A stretch of 64,000 bases of DNA from Oopsacas minuta (Eukaryota > Animalia > Porifera), in assembly GCA_024704765.1 (NCBI GenBank), contig JAKMXF010000365.1:620001-684000 (forward strand), written 5' to 3'. Positions 56,258-64,000 of this stretch are shown piece after piece (the first letter of the stretch is position 1; every line of letters starts with the position of its first letter). The notes beneath the pieces were generated by a model. It saw nothing but the letters and a program-made list of their open reading frames with translations, was not told the DNA's origin and searched no databases. The translations under genes and the position numbers were made by a program.

Positions 56258-57637
56258 ATTAAAATTCCATACAATATTAGACAAAACTCAGATTTCAATC
56301 ACAATACTGAACTTATATATAATAGCTGAGTCGATCAAGCAATGCCTATGTCCACTATATGTAGTATTCGGGTGCAATCACAAACCGCCTAAGTTGAAAT
56401 TAATATTGAAAGTAGACAAACATCTGCTGAATCACACCCTTAAGCTCTCCCATTCAATAAAATATCCCACACGGATGGGCAGAGAATGTCTTAAATTACA
56501 CCTCATTTGAAAGCCTGTTAATTATTTAAAGATAAACTAAACTATTTAATACATGTTAATAAGTCTACAGGTATTATAATCATGTTTAAACTAGTTGAGT
56601 TTTGTCTAATCGTAACAGAACAAAAGTATAGTTTATTAAACAATTATATGACAAATATTTCACTACACTCAAGATCATTTCTCCAAAACATTCTCATATT
56701 ATAAATCATGTGTTATGAACTCTACATAATATCCGTAGCATTAGTATCAATTTCAGTTCGCTTAATATGTATAGAGACTATATTTTGACGCAAAGATGCT
56801 TCAGAATAGTATGAATCCTTGCCGCTCAAGATGAGATAAATTAGATATCATGGGTTACTTGAAATGTAACTCATCTACTAACAAATCATAACAACAGATC
56901 CTAGAAACATCTAAACGAGACAAAAAGTTCAGATGAGATGTTTGTAGGAGTAATAATACAATCAGCTAGTAAAATTAAATCATTAAAGGTAAATTATCGG
57001 TTTCATTGTGCAGGATATTAACTTTCACAAACATCAGTGTAAACTCGAGTCTATTAATTAGATAATGATTTGGCAGTACATTTGTAATATCAAATAACTT
57101 GCTGAGGTTAATCTTAATTAATATGAACACTACTATAATATTAACAATGTTTCATAAGATTTAAGTAATGTGTGTGTATGAAATGTGGCAATAGATAATA
57201 TACTGTCATTATATAATTCAATTATCCGAACTTGTTGCTGAGACTGGACGTTTTACAAAAATATATGGATAGACTCCTCACACATGAGGTGACAAAGTGA
57301 CAGGTGACATGGTGTAGTGTCAAATAGAAAATGAATAAATAAATAAATAAATAAAATATATTACTTACGTATATCAAATCGATGTTAATATTGGTATCTA
57401 TTGCTGCAAAAGATACTCAGACGCTTGAACTGGCTAGTGCACTCCTTCCCGACCTGCATTAGCGGCAGAGAGACGAGCCATACCTATAAATATTCATTAG
57501 CCAATGCGGTAGACATGATAGATGAGTAATATGATCCACTAGTTATAACGTCTCCTATATTGGTGTTGTCTGGTGGTACAATACTTCCCAGTTGATAGGG
57601 TCCTAAAAAGTAATTGAATACACACTAAATAATATGT

Positions 57638-57664
57638 CACACACACACACACACACACACACAC
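57638..57664. repeat. (CA)n microsatellite
   Basis: Read directly from the sequence. Confidence 0.93.
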
Positions 57665-59162
57665 TAGAAACTCGTCGATTGCCTAAAATAAGAATTGAAC
57701 AGTAAATGATATAAAAATGAGAAATTGGTCAGAAGGTAGTCAAGCGTTGGCTTACTTCCAACTAGAACAAACATTAATAGAAATAAATGGAATAATTATA
57801 CTGCTTAAACAATACACGTCGAACAATGTATGATAATCAAATTGGATGGACATTATGTTGAAAGACCGCTAGCCGTAGGAAGTGATTAATTCCAGGCCTT
57901 GAGTGGAGAACTTTATCGCATTATTTCTAAAGAGAGAAACTAAAATGTCAAGATTTACACAGCTATCATATACCATAAATGCTTTAAATTGTTTCCGAAC
58001 ACAAGCTCAAGTCTCACCATAAATATCTAGTATCAACAGATCTCTATTGTAGGGGTCTGCCATAGTTACTTAAGTATAATTTAACATGATTACATTACCC
58101 ATAGCACCATAATTTTAGCCATGATTATTCAATCATTGAGGTCTGAACCAAAAGAAAATGTTTGAAGAAATATATTATAATCTTTCCTTTTTGATTAAAT
58201 TAATGAGAACTCAAATGTTTACTCAGGACTCAATCAACCTGTTGATAAAATAATGTTACCATGCGTTTTACATAGATTACAATTGGTTGCTATATCATAG
58301 AAAAATTATGTATGTCAACCCTACAATTTTATATAACGCTATCTGTAAAGACATAATAAAGAGATAAAAGCTATCTGGAACTTACAACAAATCAACGTGA
58401 TTTTCTCCAAATTGAATTAAATTCCTATAATAAGGTATGCGTAGTCATATCCAGCTATCTAGCTTTGAATAATATTATCTTGACTAAGGATAGATACAAT
58501 AAACTATACTGTCAGTATAGATATTTAGGAGGCCAAGTCAAGGAATGCATTGTATAAATCACTCAAGTTCAATGAATTACAAAGAAAAGGAAAGGATTAG
58601 AATTACGTAGCGTAGCGTATATAAATATTTGTAGGATTGACAGCATCACTATCCCACATTATACTTATTTGTAAAGCAAATATTTTACATTGAGCATAAT
58701 AGCCACTACATATACTCTATTAGCTTCTATGTCTACACCCTGCAGTCTTAAATTATGTTAGCTACTCTAGTTAACTCTACTAATAGCAAATTGGTTCTGG
58801 TTAACCATTTGCCTGATAACTGAAGACTTAACAAGTTATCAAGCCAGATGTTTACATGAATATAACCACACACCTCCTCCCAATACATAATATAGTAATA
58901 CCCCCTGCAAGATCCCAATATGATTGTATCATAAAGCTTAGACTACCTCTTAATAAGATTATTATTTAATTTTCATAGACAAAGATCATACACATATAAT
59001 GACTATACTATGTGAAATATACAAATGGGGAGGTAAGCTCCCTTTGGTAATAATCAAGATAGAAAACAAAGCAAGTGAAAATAGCAAGCTTCATTTCAAT
59101 CCATTCCTATTCAGTATCATTCAATAGTTATAATATTATAGGAAAATAAAAGTATAATTTTC

Positions 59163-59792
59163 CTAACAACAGTTTTTGGTTTGTTTCTTAGGGAGCGGAT
59201 CATCCAATGGGACTACATCATCATGATGCTGTGGTTCGTTTAGCTCGTTATTTGAAAGAATCTCAGAGACTAGACATTTCGCTGAGTCGTCTATTCCAAT
59301 GTTTTCTTTGGCTGATGTCTTATGCCAGCCAAGAAAACCTTTTTCTTTACAGTATGTGTCAAGCTGTTGCGCAGTCCCCTTATCGAACTCTTCACTCCCC
59401 AGGTCACATTTGTTAGCGAGGAGGACGGCTGGAATAGGTTTACCATTTGAAAGTAAAACTTTAGAATCCAGATCAGCTTTCCATTTGGTAACAGCTTCGA
59501 ATGTACTCAGTCTTGTCAGGTCGAAAACCACAAATGCACCCACTGCTTCTTTGTAGTATACACGGGTCATATTCCCAAACCTCTCCTGTCCTGCTATGTC
59601 CCATAGCTGCAGACGTACGAGGGTGTTCTGATCCCAGTTGAGTACCTTCAACGCGAAATCCACTCCAATAGTAGCCCGATAATGTGGTGTAAAGAATTGG
59701 TGTACATATCGTTTAATAATGCTAGTCTTTCCAGTGCCAAGTTCTCCTATTACTAAGATCTTGTAGAGATGTTCTTGTTTCGCTTCAGTCAT
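59163..59792 (-). CDS. RAB32: Rab32/38-family small GTPase, intronless
   Basis: GELGTGKTS, TIGVDFALKV, the Rab32/38-type WDIAGQERFGNMTRVYYK, NKCD, SAK and a C-terminal CC prenylation motif. Confidence 0.92.
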   Translation of the reverse strand: MTEAKQEHLYKILVIGELGTGKTSIIKRYVHQFFTPHYRATIGVDFALKVLNWDQNTLVRLQLWDIAGQERFGNMTRVYYKEAVGAFVVFDLTRLSTFEAVTKWKADLDSKVLLSNGKPIPAVLLANKCDLGSEEFDKGTAQQLDTYCKEKGFLGWHKTSAKENIGIDDSAKCLVSEILSNNELNEPQHHDDVVPLDDPLPKKQTKNCC

Positions 59793-61050
59793 GGATATAA
59801 GTATATTTATAAAAAAGAAACTAGTGAGGCTTAGAAGTAATTAATTAATTAATTAATAGCTGGTTTTATACTCTATATATACAATTCAAGATTCTTTAAT
59901 AGTATCCACAAAGGCTCACATAATCTTGTGAATCACAAGGGTTAAATATTTCATAGAAAAGAATCTTGTGTGGATGGTGTATTTTCACGTGCACAATTAC
60001 AGTAAATGATTTGTATAAGTTAATAATGTAATTATATGTATGGAGATATCTGGTATTATGAAGGTTATAATTGAATAAAAGCTAATCAGGCATTACGTTA
60101 TATTTATTTAAATAACTTTAATGGGATATAACCATAATGCAGAAATCTAAAAATAAAATACTATGGAGATGGTGAATGCATATACAAATATGTTGTCAAG
60201 ATAACGGCTTCAGCGTGCACAAAGAAACATCTGATTCAAAAGAATAAGAAACCATCAGAATATGAATATGATTCGATTTATGCAATCATAGTTCGTTTAA
60301 TAATCCCTCAACCTATAAGCGTGTTTGAAAACTGACAAATTGAGGGGTATTCTCATAAAGATTATGTGGTCATGCAAATAAATTAAGTAAGAGTTTCTGA
60401 TAACTTAATAGTGAGCTCTATTAAATAGGAATTTAGGGAATTTGGAGCAGTATCTAGCAGAAAGATTCATTCTTAGTAAATGACCATTTGATGGAGAGAA
60501 TGATACCCTACAGGGAATAACTATGTAGCACATTTTTTGCATAGTAATGCGAAGATAAAATGAGATAACGTTGGATGCAACAGATAAAGAGAAGCAGCAA
60601 TTTATCAGATAAGTAGAATCTACAGGAATATCAGGGAGATATCTAGACAGGCTGGGTTGAGTGCTTAAAATGATCGATTTCTTTACTATGTCCTTATTAA
60701 TGATACGCGCGTAATAGATACTGTCCAACGAGATTTTAACCGGCCAATGCTATAACTTAATAGTGAGAATCACAATCGGGTAAAAAAACAAGTTTTCTAT
60801 ACAATAAATGAAGGCCAAAATAGTTCAACTGATATTCTAACTCCCATAAATAGTAAATGCAGATTTGATTAATTTGTACTGTAATGTTACTGTTATGAAC
60901 CAACAAGCAAAACAAGTGTATAATGGTAGAGAAAATATATACGCTAACAAGAGCAAGGTGACAGAAAGTATAAAAAAACATAAAAGTTTTTTGGAAGCTG
61001 AGTGAATCATAACGGTAAGCTGGTCTATCTGTAAGAGAAACAAACCAAAC

Positions 61051-63276
61051 TTAGGAAGTAGCTCCTTTACTTTGGAGCCAACCAACAACAGTATCATGTT
61101 CTGCACGAATAGCTTCATAAAGTGGGGTCTGTCCCCAACGGTCTTTGGGGTCTATATACACGTGACAACGTTCCAACAGAAACTTACACACCTCCAGTTG
61201 ACCCTCAGCAGCTGCAATATGCAAAGCTGTGCGTCCGTCATAATCCGCACTGTCAAAGTTATACCCGCTAAATGCGAACATACGCATCAGCCTTATATCT
61301 CCTAAGAAATATATAGAATTGATAAATATTAAAGCAAAATACATATTTTTTAAGATATTTGAACCTTTCATAGCAGCAAATAATACCGAAGTTATTTGAT
61401 GTTCTTTTGAGAAAGTACGCATACGAGGATCAATTCCACCGCGAGACACGTAGTTATCCATAATCAAGTCAAAATTGTGAAAATTAAATCTCTCAACTAG
61501 TTTACGATGGAACTCTACTCCTCTCACACTATTGATTCTCATATCAAGAGGAGGAGACCATGTGCAGATACCCATCACGTTAGGAATAACAGTCAATATT
61601 ACACCAGACACACCTAATATTTGCAGAAGTATTAAAATACGTATATTTAGCTAGCTACTTTTGTGATCTAGTCAATTACCTGATTTAGAAGGTAGACCAA
61701 CTTCGAAAGCATAAGTACCCGAATAATTATACATTCCACAAGAGTGCATAATAGAGAGAGCATCTCTAACAGCTGAGTCAGCGAATACTCTCTCCCCTGT
61801 GAGAGGACACACCCCTCCATTAGCTAGACTAGCCGCCAGTAAACTACCTTGTGAAGTATTCATCATGATAGAGCAGTACTGGAAATACAGGTCACATGCC
61901 TCTCGTAGGTTTGTGCCTTTAGGGAAGCAGGAGTGGTCATTCATGTAATGAGCAATAGCATAGTTCCTATACGGGGAGTTTGTATTGATAATAAATTTGA
62001 AAATAGCTATTTTTGTAGTTCATAAACTAACCTGTCAGCATTTTCTCTCTCAGATATGAACATAGGTAGATCAATGGCTATCTTGTCACCAGCTGTTAGC
62101 TTGCTCATCACATCCAACATGTGTATAGTACGCTCAGCTAGTGGAAGATTAGGTTTAATCAGACTAGCTACTACTATAGCACCAGCATTAATCATAGGAT
62201 TATGTGGTTTGTTCTCATCATCAAGAAGAATTTCATTGAAGTCATGTCCACTAGGTTCTGTACCCAAAAACTTGTTAACCTATAAATAAAGGATAACGCA
62301 TATCGTATTGTATACAGTCCCATATGTGTGTGTGGTAGTTATTGACAGATCCAACGAGTTCTGAGTCCTGAAAAACAAGAATGTACTCTATGAGCTCTAG
62401 AACATCCATATACGTATAATATAATCACGTACATATTGGGGAGATTCTTCAGTAATACTAACAGCATACATGAAGGGTTTCACACTGGATTGTAGAGCAA
62501 AATTGACTTCAGTATCTCCGAGGTTAAGTCTCTGTCCGTCTATGGTAGTGACAGCGACACCCCAGAAGTCAGGTGAGTACTTAGCTAACTGAGGAATGTA
62601 GTCAGCTACTGTACCACTGTAGTTAGACTTTTCCTCATCATAGAGATTTGTTATTTTCCTATAATATTACATTGTAACTGGTTATACGTATTGGATAATG
62701 CAATACTCAATATGAAATGAAACTAACTCTGAAAACTGTTTGAATCTGGGTATGATAACTTTGCCTTGTGCAATTCTCAAAACTAATGGCAGACTGTCAG
62801 CAATAGTATCTTTAAATTCTTCCAAGCTGCAAACACCTATACACACAAGATACATTACAATTGTCATAAACAGTTGTCAAGTTATGCACTAAATCCAATA
62901 GTATTGGATTAGAAACCAAGATCAACACTATACTCACCACCAGGATTCAACACTATACTCACCACCAGGATTCAACACTATACTCACCACCAGGATTCAC
63001 ACTATACTCACCACCAGGATTCTCCCTCATGATCTTCTGTATCTTAGAATGAGTTAATCTGAACCTCGGCTCAGTTAGATGGATACCTATATTCTCTGCT
63101 TGTTCTAACAGCTTCTGAGGTCTAACATGCTCTCCTTCCATGAAGTATTTGGCGAGTAAATGATCCAGCTCGTCCATCTCGGTCTCCTTTCCCTGAGATA
63201 TGGTAGTGGAGAGGGCGCGTAAGTTGGCGGCATATCTGAAAGTGGAGCGGACATGTTTAGTGATTGAAGATAGCAT
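61051..63276 (-). CDS. GLS: Mitochondrial-type glutaminase with C-terminal ankyrin repeats, multi-exon
   Basis: Basic presequence MLSSITKHVRSTFRYAANLRALST, VADYIPQLAK, catalytic QSSVKP, GTEPSG, PHNPMINAGAI, SCGMYNYSG..VGLPSKSG, and ANK DYDGRTALHIAAAEG. Confidence 0.94.
62924..63022 (-). repeat. Four tandem copies (25, 25, 25, 24 bp) of the GLS exon-1/intron-1 junction
   Basis: Unit (A)ACACTATACTCACCACCAGGATTC; the reverse complement is GAATCCTGGTG|GTGAGTATAGTGT(T). Confidence 0.95.
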
Positions 63277-64000
63277 TGACAACCAGATGGTGTGTGTGGA
63301 GATGGAAAACAATGCTATGATACGAAAATATTATTCAACTTCAAGTAAAAATAATAAATTTACTAATATATTCATTCAATCAGGACTATAACTATTATGC
63401 ACGATTTGAGTAATATATTGTCACTGTATTACTGGATAGTTTCTTTCCTTGTAGTGAAAGTGTTCTTTATAAATGACTATACAACTGATTCAATGAAACA
63501 CAACAAAACATAACAATCATTGAAAGGAGCATTTCGTATGCATAAATACGTGAGTGTGAAACAGAAAAGTGTAGCATATTTTTGCATGGCCTTCAAGTTA
63601 CGTTAACTAGTTAGTAATTTGTCTGAGGCAGTTGAGTGATTGTAATTGCGTTAGAATACACTACATCAAGATCATAATTATGAATGCCTGGAGTAGCAAT
63701 ACAAAAATTGTTGCTAACGATAGCTCATATTGTGGCCAAATAGAATGCATTTTCTATATATATATATATAACAGGACAAGAGTGTCTGGTTTAAACTTTT
63801 TACGACTACAATCTCTATATAACAATTTCACTACTGGCTGGGTATAGTTAATGGCTTTGTGACAGGTGTAGGTATCCATGCGTCTGAAAACCATTATTAC
63901 AAGTGAGATGGTAGTTTCTGGATTTGGGAAAACATTTAAAAGCTCCGGAACTCTTTTGAATTTGAGTTTGAACTGATAGGGCCTCGCCAATAATTTTGAA

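Noticed and set aside
60405-61118. Short minus-strand ORFs downstream of GLS
   Set aside because: AT-rich 3' UTR or intergenic sequence with no motifs or splice support. The GLS stop is at 61051.
62924-63022. Possible CRISPR array
   Set aside because: The repeats are contiguous with no spacers and the context is a eukaryotic exon/intron junction.
63632-63990. ORFs at the window end
   Set aside because: No recognisable protein features. They could belong to a gene extending beyond the window but cannot be supported.

Overview
Eukaryotic, AT-rich, gene-dense animal DNA with mostly short GT-AG introns. No prokaryotic features, CRISPR arrays, rRNA or tRNA were seen. The gene set (Pax, ADAM10, VWA/FN3 collagens) and compactness suggest an early-branching animal, possibly a sponge such as a glass sponge; this is inference only. 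Recognisable genes are a paired-domain Pax, PARP16, an NHL-repeat gene, two zinc-finger Nudix hydrolases, REXO5-like, C10orf67-like, CEP135, ADAM10, XAB2/SYF1, CCDC77, GOLPH3, CFAP298, RAB32/38 and glutaminase. Five things stand out. (1) Two tandem paralogous short-helix, proline-poor collagens share a matching micro-exon series and a Cys-rich post-helix module but have very different N-termini: a long FN3 array, VWA, Ig-like and (ATTPS)32 region versus a single VWA. (2) A head-to-head Nudix pair forms a ~514-bp near-perfect inverted repeat and encodes a candidate pseudo-receiver / Di19-KCMF1 zinc finger / Nudix protein. (3) Four genes are nested antisense in introns: NHL in PARP16, GOLPH3 and CCDC77 in consecutive XAB2 introns, and CFAP298 in a collagen intron. 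(4) A hAT element sits inside another hAT element that is inserted directly at the NHL start codon. (5) The glutaminase exon-1 splice donor is present in four tandem copies. All exon models were built by eye from GT/AG sites and reading-frame continuity and need transcript confirmation.
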